Positions 34,732 to 46,942 of a stretch of 64,000 nucleotides of DNA are shown in pieces. The stretch comes from Nemertoderma westbladi (lineage: Eukaryota; Animalia; Xenacoelomorpha). The notes under the pieces are model-generated. The model did not search any database. It was not told where the DNA came from and saw nothing but the letters and a program-made list of their open reading frames with translations. Numbering within the stretch: position 1 is the stretch's first letter; every line of letters starts with the position of its first letter. The translations under genes were made by a program, and so were the position numbers. The DNA is taken from NCBI GenBank assembly GCA_032718475.1, contig JAUCBJ010000055.1, positions 62,001-126,000 on the forward strand, written 5' to 3'.

Positions 34732-37700
34732 TTAAGGTGCTCCCTCTAGAAGACAGCACTTCCCTACAGCCCTCCTATAGGTTTTATTGTCTTTCGCACC
34801 TATCTTGCCACCTATCCACACTTCTACCGATCGGACTCTTCCATCCTCATCGGAGTAAGTGCCCACAACTCTCACCAACCGCCATTGGTTGTTGATGATG
34901 GTATCGTCAGTGACGATCACAAGATCACCCTTCTTTAGCTCTCTATTCGTGTTCCTCCACTTACTTCTTCTATGTAGTGTGGGCAGATATTCCTCGACCC
35001 ACCTCTTCCAGTACTCTGCGCTTATCGCCTTAGCAACTTTCCAACTCTGTCGGGAGTGTATATCGTCTGGGTCTACACCCCGCATGTCGATTGTCGCTGG
35101 CCTTTCCATTAGAAAGTTACTGGGCGTCAGCACGTCTAATGACTCAGGGTCATCATTTTCTAGATATAGCGGTCTGCTATTAATGATACCCTCACACTTC
35201 GCTAGTACTGTCCTTAGTACGTCCTCCATAACCATGTGGGTGTTCATCAACTTCGTCATCAGACGCTTGGAAATCCTATCCCACTTCACCTGTTGTCTTC
35301 TCATGGCTGCCCTGACTTCTTCCCCTTCCAGGATATCCAAGGCCTCTGCCATCTTGTTCTCCGCCCCCACAAAGTTGGTCCCATTGTCAGAATATATTAC
35401 TGTGATCGTACCACCTTTGCGGTCTCTAAACCTTTCTAGAGCATTAATGAATGCTGATGCGGTTGCATCCTGGGCGAGTTCTATCCCTACCGCCCGCGTG
35501 TTGTTACATACGAATATAATGCTGTAGCGTTTCTCAGTGTGTCGCATCACCTTAAACTTTATTGGCCCGAACATATCCACACCGCAATGCGTAAATGGCG
35601 GGTCATGTTGCCTTACCCTACTCGCCGGTAGTGGTGCCATCTCCTGTATGGCTCGCTCCTTCTTTGCTCATCGGCAGGTCTGGCACTGCCCCACTACCGC
35701 CTTTACCTTCTTCCTCAGCTGTTTGACCCAAAAGGTCCTCCGTATCTCCGTGAGGGTTCGGTTGGTACCCCCGTGCAATATCGACTTGTGGGAGTCCCAT
35801 ATAATCTGATGGACTATCGGCGATCCAGTAGGTATGATGATGGGCTTTGGCGGTATTACAATACTGTTGTTATTCAGTACCCTAGAGTTCATTACTAGGA
35901 TCCCGTCATCATTAAGTTGTGGTGATAGCGTGATCAGCTCGCTGTCCCGTCGGAGATGCTGTTGTTTACTGACGCGTTCCACCTCGTCGCCGTAGTTCTT
36001 TCTCTGCTTGTAGCAGATGATTGCCTTGGCCGCTCCTTCCAGATCGATGGTTGTCCTGATTTTTACGTCCTTGCCGACTCCCTTGAGGAAATCCCCAAAG
36101 GCTCTCCAGTAAGCCACTAACTTCTTGGTCTTGTACCAACTAGAGCTGTAGCTAAAGAGTTTGTCCATTGGGTTATCGCACAGTTCTTCCGGTTTCGGTT
36201 GCACGTCCCTTATCTCCCTCACCATTTGACTATATATCTCCTCACCTTCTGAATCTACTCCCTCCTCCTCTAATGCTACTTGTTCTGCGCCCGGGTCCAT
36301 TGGCGGCCAGGCCTCCTTATTGTTCAGAAACTGTGGCCCGTGTTGCCACAATACTTCCTTTTTTAAGAAAGTGTGGCGTGCCACGCTCCTTGATAACAAG
36401 TCCGCTGGGTTCTCGACCGTTGGGCAGTAGTGCCACCTTTCTAGCTCTGTGGTCGCCCTTCTTTCGTCTACCCTATTTGCGACGAATATAGGGTATCTCG
36501 TCCTTTCGTTATGTGGCCAACCAAGCACTACCATGGAATCCGTCCAGTAGTGTGTCTCCACTATGTTGGGAATAGCGTCCATTAAGTAGACTGTGGCCCA
36601 AACTCCTAGCCTCGCAGCTGTCAATTCGAGTTTGGGAACCAACGCTGAATCTGGTGGTGTCGACTTTGCCTTGCTGAAGGCGAGCCTGGGCTTGTGTGCC
36701 CCCTATCGTTGTACTAAATAGAGTGCCGCTCCGTATGCCTCTAATGACGCATCGGAGAACATGTGCAGATCCAGATTCGTCATGTCCCCATCCGGGAAAT
36801 ACACTTGTGGCATGCTGTATGTTCCCATCTGCTCCAAACTCTCTGTCCATTTACACCACTGTTTCCAGATCTCTTCTGGTACCTCTGCGTCCCACTCGTC
36901 CTTCAATTTGTACACTCTTTTGAGTATCTGTTTTCCTGTGACTAGTAATGGGGATGCTAGGCCTAGGAGATCGTATATCCTCGCTATATACGACACATAG
37001 CCCCTTTTCGTGTGGATGTCTGCGCCCTCCTGGCTTAATTGGTACTTCAGCTCGTCTGTCTCTTTGTTCCACACGATCCCCAGTGCCTTCTGTTGGGACT
37101 CTAAACGTTTGGTCGCCATGTCCTGCCCCTTGGCTGTCGTGGGATTATCCATGGTCGATCCTGGCTTCTCAAGTTTTATCGCCTCGATAAATTCCTCCAA
37201 ACTGGATTGGAATTTGGTTAGGTTAAAGCCGGATCCTTTAAGGATGTCGCGAACCTCGCGCCCTGTGTCCAGTAGCCCCTTAACCATCTTCCCAGACTCC
37301 ATCCCGTCATCTACGTAGAAGCCGCGTTGAATCATATCCACGGCCCTAGCACTGTATTTATCTTCCTTCCCCTCTACTGTATCTCTCACGGCTATAGTCG
37401 TCGTAAACGAAGACGACTTGGCTCCCATATTCTGTACTACCATCTTGTACATCGGTATAGTAGACGGTTCCTCGTCGCCGTCGTACCATAGGAAGCGTTG
37501 GCTGTCTCTATCCTCTTTGTCACACGGCCTTGGTTGAACATGCCTTCTATGTCACAGGTGAAGGCGTGTTTCCCGTTCCTGAATCTAAGTAGGACCTTGA
37601 TCCCTGAGTTGTAGATATTGGGACCCTCCAGCAGATAATAGTTTAGGCATTTGCCGTTTGTTTTAGCCGATGCGTCAACTACCATCCGCAGTTTACCTTT

Positions 37701-40434
37701 CTTTGGGTCTAGAGCCAAAGAGCCTTAGAGCAAAAGAAAGCCTTTCTCGACGTACTTCCTAATCGTCCTGTGGATGTACTCATTCTTCTCGGGGCTCCGT
37801 TTTAGTGTCTGCTTCAACTTACAAAGCCTCGTAAGTACCATCCCTCTATTGTCGGGTAGCAGTAGCTTCGGTAGTTTCCATACCATCCCTATGGTATACC
37901 GCCCCTCGTCGCATCTCATCGACTCCTTTACACTCTGTAGAGCCTGCTCGTCTTCTACCGAGGTTCTGACCCCGGTTTCTTTTAGTCCCTCAAAATCCTG
38001 CCTGAGCAGTCTCTTGAGTTGCTCCTCCGCTCCCTCATCCTCCATATCTTGCATAGTTCCCGCAAACATGTAGCCTGATGTCTCCGACATCCTAAAGGGT
38101 ATTTTACTCTTAATTGGGCCGCTCAGCGTCCACCAGAATGGTGTTAGAATCGCCACCGGGTCACACTGCCTGTCTTTGCCGAAGACCATTTGCATTCTCT
38201 CGTGGGCCGTTGGGCAGTCCATTCCTACTATGATGGATACCTTCCTAACTTCCACCTCTGGGATTGAGAAATTGATACTGTCCAGGAATCTGTATTGTTT
38301 GACCTCGATGTTGGTTGGTTGCCTGGCGTTGAAGTTTATCGATTCTATTACCTGGATTGGGTCGATGGTCGCCCCATAGTCACATCCCGGTGCCACCACT
38401 GCTATCGCGCACCGTCCGGTCCTCATCTCCAGGACCTCATCTCTGCTGGAGATGGTTGTTACTGCCATTCTACTTGGCCTCGTTCTCAATCCTATCTCTT
38501 CGGCCACCCAATTCTCGATTAATGTGAAGGCAGCTCCACTATCGACCAGCATCAGTGTGGTCACTGATCGATTGCCTTCTCCAATCACTCGCACTGGTAC
38601 TACCCCGAGTAGTACCATTCCTCTCTTCTTTGCTCCCACGGTGCTCGTTGCCATTGTCTGACCCTTACTTTGACCGAACTTAAACGGCATTTCCTCGCAT
38701 TGTTTAGCTCTATGTCCACTCATCACACATCGCGAGCAGATTTAATTTATTCTCGCGTACCTGAACTTCTCTGGGTAGCGCTTGCCAGTACCTGCAGTTC
38801 ATGGTCTGATGAAGTGCATTTGTATGTAGTTGGCATTTGCTCTTTGGGTAGTAGCCATCCTTATACAGTGCGTTACGTATAGCAGTTGAGTTAGTACCAA
38901 AGTCCCCACTATTCTTATTGTTTGGGTTTGGCCTACTGGGCGCGCTGGGGTTGTGTTTATTTGTGTTGTTATTTTTCCCCTGTCCGCTCCATGATGTGGT
39001 CTTACCCCTGGCTACCTGTGGACTGGCAGTCCCCTGCATCGCTGCGTATGGCAGTGACTGTCTGAGCTTTGGCAATGCGTTTGACGCGTTGTGTTCTGGT
39101 TTCGGTCTATGGTAATCAGTCTTTGGTCCTTTTCCCAGGCTATCCTCGCTATAGACTGGGTCCGTTATTAGTTCAGCTTAATAGTTTAAGAAGCTCGACA
39201 TCTCTTCTAAACCCGGTTCCGCACCCTTCCTATCTCGAGTGGAGAAAGCGATCTTTGTCCACTTATTGCGCAGCCAAATCGGTTGTGCCTGCGCTATCGT
39301 AGTGATGTTGTTAGACACGTTGAGTTCGTATGGCGCATCCAGTGTCTTTAGTACGATTAGCGCCTTCTCAACTTTGTTAGCAAATGTCTTTATGCTAACA
39401 GGGTTATCCTGTAGGCTACCTGATGTTATGCCTCTCAGGGTTTGCCGGATGATCTTGGCTGGGTGCCCGTATTCCCTGTCTAACGCCCGCCATGCCGTTG
39501 TGAAGCCACCCTCGATTCCCTGGTATTGCCTCACGATGTCATATGCTGGGCCTCCTATATACACTTGTAGATACTTTAGGCACTCCACCTGCGTCAAATT
39601 CTTTGTTAATATTTTATTACTATACATGCGCCGAAACTGTAGGTATTCTTCAGGCCTACTTCCATCGAATTTGAATGGTTCCACGGGTGGTAGCTCGATC
39701 CTGGTTTTTAATGCATCGATTAATGTGGCCATTCCCATTGCTTGCGCTTCCAATGGGTTCAATGGATGCTGTATAGGATGTTCTTGCACCTATTGGGGTA
39801 TATTGTTGATATCGTGATAGGGGAATGTCACCCTGTCCCCCCCCCCCCCCCCCCCCCACCTGTATGTTTGGAACTGGGGTTGATGTTAATATATTGGGGC
39901 CCACGCCTCTATCCGCAATAATTCTCCCCTCCCCTGGGTATATGTTATGTCCCTGCATGCTGTAGTCATACTGCTGTGCTGGTACCGGTATAGGCCTATC
40001 AACTTCTGGCCTACCTGCCGGTATGTACTCCGCGACTTCCGGGTTTAATCCCGTCGTCCGCGCTATCCTATCGCCTACGTTATCTCTCCCAGCATGGCCT
40101 ATAGTATGTGCAGTAAGGCCTACAGTATGTCCTGCAGTCTGTATGTGCCGCTCGGGATCAAAGTTTAATCTTCTCGAATAATCCTCCCCGCGGCTACCAT
40201 AATCTCGATTGGCAGGTATATCCCGTCAGAAAATTTCTCTTCGACCCCCTCCACTACTCTCGTCCTTGTGCCGGTACATTACGTACCCCTCTCTCAGTGC
40301 GTATTGCGCCTTGTCAGGTCGCGTTTCTCCGGGACGACGGCAATCTCCCGAAGTTCGACCCCATTGACTTTCCGTTTCCACCTCGACTACCGACGGCTCT
40401 TTATCCGTCCTCGCTCTCCTGTCGTTCTTGACGA
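34732..40434 (-). pseudogene. pol: Element B gag core and pol (PR, RT, RH, IN), fragmented and inverted relative to its LTRs
   Basis: PFKFDGS, MLVDSGA, RMVVDAS, FYVDD, LHMFSDAS, VPKLEL, ENPAD, HGG..CQTC, GVDMFGP, SDNGTNF. Confidence 0.95.
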
Positions 40435-40566
40435 CACTTATAGAATTATATTCTCTAAACGCCGTGGATTTTCAAAATTTTATTTTATTCGAATTAACTT
40501 TGTTAAAAGATTACATTAAGTCCTCATTTGTATTACTATATCTATTTGTACGATGATTATTCAAGT

Positions 40567-40640
40567 GGTTCAGTAGCTCAGTCGGTAGAGCGTTGGATAT
40601 TATATGTAGTGTGTATTGAGTTCGAATCCTAGTAGGTGCG
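40567..40640 (+). other. tRNA-derived sequence in the D 5' LTR
   Basis: A box TAGCTCAGTCGG and B box GAGTTCGAATCC. Confidence 0.65.
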
Positions 40641-40716
40641 AATTATTTTTTGTGCAGAGTTCAACTCATTTAAATTGACCGCTACAGATTAATTGCATTT
40701 GCTCGAAGTAAGATTA

Positions 40717-40905
40717 CTACTACTAGGATCGGCGTGCTGCATTGCAGCTGCATTTTTAAGAATGCTGTGCCGGCTTGTCAACAAAATTGCACCGCCACAA
40801 CTCCCTATCACCCATGACATTTGCTAGATCATCCGCATCTTTAAGGCCAGTGTCCTTTAAGATGCGTCTCAAGAAAGTCATGGGCTGTCCACCATGCTTA
40901 TATGC
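40717..40905 (-). mobile_element. 5'-truncated RTE1-family insertion
   Basis: Almost identical to 2608-2792, with a (TAG)n tail and an 11-bp TSD AAGTAAGATTA (40706-40716 and 40906-40916). Absent from the other D LTR. Confidence 0.95.
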
Positions 40906-43290
40906 AAGTAAGATTAACCAATGAGATTGTAGTTATTAGATTGTAACCAATGTCGTGCAAGTTATATATTCGCTGGACCAATAGTTATCTTTAAAAACCT
41001 ATTAGAACTCATAGAACAATCGAGAATTTTCTCGATTGATTGCAGCACAAATTTGCTATAAAAGGGTGCGATTTGTTCATTAGTTATCTCTCAGTTATAT
41101 CTATCTTTATATCTCTCAGTATATCTTCTGTAATAAAGTCAGAATTATCGCTAATCTGCCCTTTTTCTATCTGTTTTACTATGCTTCACCACGGTGAACT
41201 CAACTGAGGGACAGGATGGCTGGCTAGACATTGGGCCACAGCAATGAACGAGAACATCTAAGGAATGTAGACAGGAGACAACCCGCAATATCACTCTTAG
41301 TTATTCGCCCATCGCCTGAAAGGTTAGACAGCGTTCGATGCCTTGCTACCTAAGTATAAGACCAAAGATCGAAGGTAGAGGTAGTGACACGCTGTGCGCC
41401 AAAAATTACTTCTAGGAATTGTACTGTTTTAATTCAGGAAAAAACCGCAGTAGACCTTCATACTCCGGTACAAGGCATACACATTGGTAGGGTGCAGCAA
41501 ACTGTACGCCTAACTCTTGCTAAGTGCAGGTGCGTCTGTGACTATTTGTAGTACAACGGTGTCCATTGCATTAGAACTTGTAGGCCAGGAGGGTTACTGT
41601 GTTTTACCTGAATTAGGATTGTACCGTTCAGGCGGTAGGGCAGTTTACGACTAGGCGCAAATAAATTGAGGCTAATTAGGGATACTAACATCTACCGTGT
41701 CCCCGCCGACATCCTGATAGGAAGTTACCAAGCCCACCTAGGTAACCAAAATTCTAGATAGGACGCCAGGCTAGCTATTAGTAACAGTACGCCTACTGTA
41801 GTAAACTAACATTTCTTCTTAGTATTAGGGACCTGGTAAATTAAATTGCCGAATTCTGGGCGTAGTATTAACCTTATGCCTGAATTTGAGTCCTGGAAAT
41901 ACATGAAAGGGGAAGGAGCCTTATCATTCGTGAGTATTGGACCTACAAGTTACAAAATTAGAATATTTGTAAAATGCACACAGTACCCAGTAATTATATA
42001 TATGAAGGAGCAAAACTGATCTTGATGGTTCAGAATTAACACACGCGAGTTAGAAATTATTACACCTCAAAATATATAAAATTAACTTTTGTCCGTACTG
42101 CGCTTTGCCCGCTAGTTAGGCATCTCCAGATCTCTGCACCTAGCTAGCGTCCTTTTCGCCCAACCATATAAATCACACCGCGGCAAAGTATACGAGCCCC
42201 TTAGTCCGTCAGTGAGTCAGCCTGATTTTAGGATTCGCTGCGCGGGATTTTGTTTTATCGAAGTTTGTCTGTTCGTAGACTGTTTTCTGCCTCACCGGTT
42301 ATAAGAGACCGATACTGCAATATATATTCGCTTACTTGGAGTTTACTGTTTTGGTGAGAAGGTCGGATTTATGATTTGATTCACAAACTCTACAGTAGGA
42401 TATTGCAGGTATTGTTACTGTCTCTTCGAATAATAGGAGTATGTGTATTATTTAACATATTTCCTAGAATAGTAGGAGTATGTTTTACTGAACTACGGTT
42501 CGGTAGGACTAAAGTTATTTAAAAAAAAAAAAATTTTGTATTTTGAAGTAAAAGTTTATATTTGATTAGCTAAGTGCTAATATTTTGAAATAAAATTTGA
42601 TTTGAACCGCGTGTAAAATATTTTGGAATTGAATACCGGTGTTTAAAAAGGGTTTAAATACCATATTGTACCGGTACAAAATTCTCGTAAAAGTAAAACC
42701 TAACTCTTTTGTTTTTCAGGATTCAGAGCTCATTTCTAGACTGTAACGAGAGCAAGACCGTGTTTAGCAAGTTTGGGAGATAGATAACCCAACAACTTTG
42801 GTTGGGAAAATCGCACTTCGTCCGCAACGCTGGAAACGGAACGGTTCACGTCCGGTTTGTATCTGGGAATCTGTTTTTCTGGAGAATCATTGGAGTGGGT
42901 GAGTTCGAAAAGTTGCATAAGTAAGTTAGGCATTACCGTATTAGTTAAAATTATTGTGGGTTCCACTGTCTCAAGTATTTATGCATTCCGTATGATTTCT
43001 TTGTTTATTGCTGAATTAGTCCGTATTATTGTATTTAATTTATATTTTGATAACGTATATCGTTATCCGCTTTATTTGTTATAAAATTGGCCGTTAGGCT
43101 AATTTTATTATATACTTATTCCGTGACATTTATTTGCTGTAAAATTGGCCGTTTAGGCTAATTTTATCCATCTGCTATAAAATCGGCCGGTAGGCTAATT
43201 TTATATGACTGTAACTAGTACCGTTTAGATATAAATACGGTAAATTTGATACTTTGACACTCACATTTTACTTGACTTACAACTACCGAA

Positions 43291-44822
43291 ATGAGTGACA
43301 AGCAAGACTATACGAAGAATACACCTACCGACTATGACTCATGTGACGCGGATAAGTCAGCAGCGGAAGAACTACAGGGGAAGACTCGCGAGCCTACCGA
43401 ACCTACACCGTGTGCGTCACCAGTACATCCAACGGGAGTACCGGATGCCGTAGTACGAGGCGACGGCAGGACCGAGGACTTTCTAACTGTTCCGCAACCT
43501 AGATACAGGGAAACGGACATGGTAAGTTCAGTAGGAAGCCAGGAGAGCGTGGTTAGAAGCGTCGGAGGATACATGGCGCATATTACCAGGAGTATTGGAG
43601 AAGGCCAATGCATATTAGACGAGTTGACCACTCCGATGTCTCGGTTTGAGTTCTACACCCTCCAGGTTAGAGTACAAAGTAGAGTACATAAGTCCGTAGA
43701 TAACCTTATCAGTCTACAAGATCTAGCTAGACAGAGACAGGACGTGGATACTCAACTTAGAATCCTCGAGAAACTAATGATCGCTAGAGCGAAACTGATT
43801 CAGTTTAAGTCGACGATTAGGCAGATACAACAGGAACAAGCGGACCAGTTGTTAGGTGAGTCAGTTTCGGACGAATTATTGCAACCCGAGGAAGAACAGG
43901 AACTGTATAGGCTGGATGGACAATTGAAACACCTGACGGATCATTTACGCATGTACGGCGAAGACGTCGGCGATTTGGAAACCGTGCCGGAATATACGAG
44001 GGAAACTTCACCCGTACAAATCGAATCGGCACCGGGAATACTGGACCAATCGTTAGTGAGTATTCGCAGCGAAATTGATGAGGTAAGTATAGTGACGTCA
44101 GAAATTTCCAGACAGCAACAACAGCACTATAGACAACAACGGGAAATTGAGGAACAAACTCAACTGTTGACGGTACAAGCGGCGGTAGAAGAAGAAAAAC
44201 TACGCATTGCAAATGTCGCGAGAATCTCTCATCTGCAAGAACAAGCCGAGTTGGAAGCAGCTGAGATGGAAAGGTTGGAGCTAGAAATAGCACAGCGAAC
44301 AGCTGAGTTAGCGCAACAAGCGGCAACAGCTGAGTTGGAACGACAAGCGGCAGCGGCTGCGCAACAAGCAGCAGCAGCGGAGTTAGAGCGACGAGCAGCG
44401 GAGTTGGAAGAACATAAGCGAGTTTCCGAAGCAAGAGCCGAGATGAAAAAACGGCAAATAAAGGCTCAATCAGCTATACGACAAGCGGAGTTCGAGGCGC
44501 AACAACAACAGACGGAACAACGCGAGAAAGAAGTTAAACTTTATTTCGAACTCGAGAAGAAGGCGAGAGAATTAGCCAACGCGAAGGAAGATCTAGATCT
44601 ACAAGCCCGCGATCGATCGATGAGATCTCGAGACGGACACGATTTAGACTGGTTAGAGGTAAGACACCGCCAAATTCAGGAACGAATGAATGAAGGAAGT
44701 GTAGGGGCACCTGGGCGAGAAAGACAATTAGTTAAAGACTTATGTCAAAGATTCCCTCAAGTAACTCCTATGTTTGCACCGATTACGACTAAGGAAACTG
44801 TTTCGATTGCTGGTAGTAGTAA
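43291..44822 (+). CDS. gag: Element D gag, N-terminal coiled-coil portion
   Basis: ATG ORF downstream of the D 5' LTR, Q/E/A coiled-coil, joining the 33361 ORF in frame across the breakpoint. Confidence 0.85.
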
Positions 44823-46942
44823 TATTTCTCCTATCCATGGTGCGACGGAACACAGGTTTTCGGGACCTACGGGACACTGTCGCTGGACAACGCAATCTTC
44901 GAGCATTTCCACTACGTGGTGAAAGGAGATGAGGCAAAGTTCAGAATTTCGAAGTACGCGAGAGAGCCACCAAAGAAAGATTGGAAGAGGTTCGTAGAGT
45001 CCGTCAGCAGGGAAGGATACATGATCCTAGACGACGAAGGAACCGTGGAAGACGAGGAGGGTTAGACGATGCGGTTTGCGACGATGCGGAAAGAATCATC
45101 GGTCCGGACACCCCCAATCTTCTGGACATGCAGACGGTCTTCATGGCTATGACAGCACCAGACGGGTTGGGACTAGTCGAGAACACAGGCCATTGTGGAG
45201 CGGTGGCGATGGGCCAGCTATTGGGACTTGTGTGTCACAAAACAATGGACTGGGGGAAGTTCAGAGAAGAGTACGGAGCAGAGTTAGCAAACTCGCTGAA
45301 GTGGGGAGCAAGGCCAGGGAAACAAGAGGTGTATCAATTCCGGAGAGGAGCAATAAAGGTATATCAGAAGCGATATATCCTGCAGGAGGACTGGATAATG
45401 ATGGGTTTGCTAAATCTATTCATGACCGTCATCATTGGGAAGGAACCAACGGCATTCCTGCTATCGGGATCACCCCTGAGCTACAGAAGCGCCTTTAAAA
45501 CGGCTTTCGAGGGTCTGGTAGACCACCCGGGGCTGAAGAGCAAGTCGGTGTACTACAATAGCCGACATCTGGTAGACAGGGACGTAGATACGCCATATCA
45601 GAGATGGGAGCCGCTAGAGGTGGATAGACGAGAAGCAAAGCGATTGGAAGAAATCGCTAGACAGGAGAGGAGAGAAGCAGAGGAAAGGGAGGAGGAAGCT
45701 AGGGCACAGAGCTACGGCTTCGAGGAACAGGTGGCCTTAGACAAACTTTGCTGGACATCGTCAGGGAGTTCGGGGGAGTCTCTAGGGCGAGAACTAGGAT
45801 GGACGGTGGGATCACCGAAAGAGTTGACATCGGGATCGCAGGCGATGCCCATAACAGCGGGCGCTGAGGGCGATCACCGCTGAGGAGGCTAGGAGAGTTA
45901 GAGGGGTGGAGAGTCATGGGCGAGAGCCAAGGTGGGAAGGGACACAGTGGGTCCACCAGGATACCAGGGTTGGAGCCACTCCCAGAGAAGGACGAGGATG
46001 ACGACGAATTCGGAGAGATGCCGCCCATCGCAAGGATAGGCCACTCGGACACGGACTGGGTTGGCAGGAGGGTGGTGACGGCCAGTGGGGCGAGGGCCTT
46101 CTGGGACAGACCCGGCAAGCGGGCCTGGGTGCATGAGGAGCCGGCGATGGATTTCGCAGGGAGCACTATCAGGTTGGGCGAGCAACCGGGAACGGCACCA
46201 CGGGTAATATTCGGGGAGACGATGCCTGGGAGGGGCGAGGAGATCAACATAGACAGGGACGCTAACATTCAGAAATTCGCTTACCAGCGACTCCACAGAC
46301 CGCGGTGATTGCTTGGGACAAAAGACGACGTGGGGCAGGAGACATTGGTGCTCGGCTGTGATTACTGTGGGAGACAGACCCACCAGGAAAGGAGCTGTCT
46401 GTACCGGTTCCAGAAAGTTGTTGTCTAGTTGTCTCTACTGCCGCGAGTCAAGCCACAGGATGGGGGCGTGTCCACAGTTGCACAACCGATGTTTGAAGTG
46501 TAACTTTCGGGGGCAGTACGGGTGCCAGTGCGACTGGATGGACGACGAAGAGAAGTTTAGAATCTTTGAGGAGTGGGCCAACGTCAGTGCCATGACACGG
46601 CAACATATGAAGGCCCAGGAGTTCCGGTGGGGCTCCTTTAACATCAATCAGGAGGTCCACACGGAGGCTTCCGTTTACCTACCAGGAAGTGGCGACGGCA
46701 GCGTCGTATGCCGGAGTGATAAATACGCAGAGGTATTTGGACAGGTGGACGCCATAGAACAGAGAAGAGTTCAGGGATTTCTTGGCGGAGCATGTGCCGC
46801 GGGCGATGAAAGTGATCCTATGGACGCCACCAGGGGGAGACAACAGGGCCACTCGGAGGGGCCACCCGTGAAGCAATACCGGGAGCTAATAACACCAGCG
46901 CCCAAGGAGTCGACAATCGACGAGTCCTTAGTGAAGAGGTGA
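44823..46942 (+). pseudogene. Element B accessory gene (exonuclease-like domain and three zinc knuckles), frameshifted and partly deleted
   Basis: WKRFVESVSREGYMILDDEG (44982-45041); LLDMQTVF..CGAVAMGQLLGLVCHK; CDYCGRQTHQERSC (46357), CLYCRESSHRMGAC, CLKCNFRGQYGCQC, FEEWA. Confidence 0.75.

Larger units (their letters stand above)
40439..42433 (+). repeat. 5' LTR of element D (inside the inverted segment), carrying an RTE insertion and a ~55-bp deletion
   Basis: Reverse complement of 9911-11760; TSD CACT at 40435-40438; TATAAAA at ~41058 followed by TCAGTT. Confidence 0.9.

Noticed and set aside
40567-40640. Functional tRNA gene
   Set aside because: The acceptor, anticodon and T stems do not pair properly; kept only as a tRNA-derived module.
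9911-42433. Giant DNA transposon or DIRS-like element with 1.85-kb inverted termini
   Set aside because: Explained as the two LTRs of BEL element D, one flipped by the 33391-44822 inversion; no tyrosine recombinase or transposase lies inside.
43291-44922. Host coiled-coil gene of 543 aa
   Set aside because: It is the D gag N-terminus; the last ~33 codons come from element B across the inversion junction.
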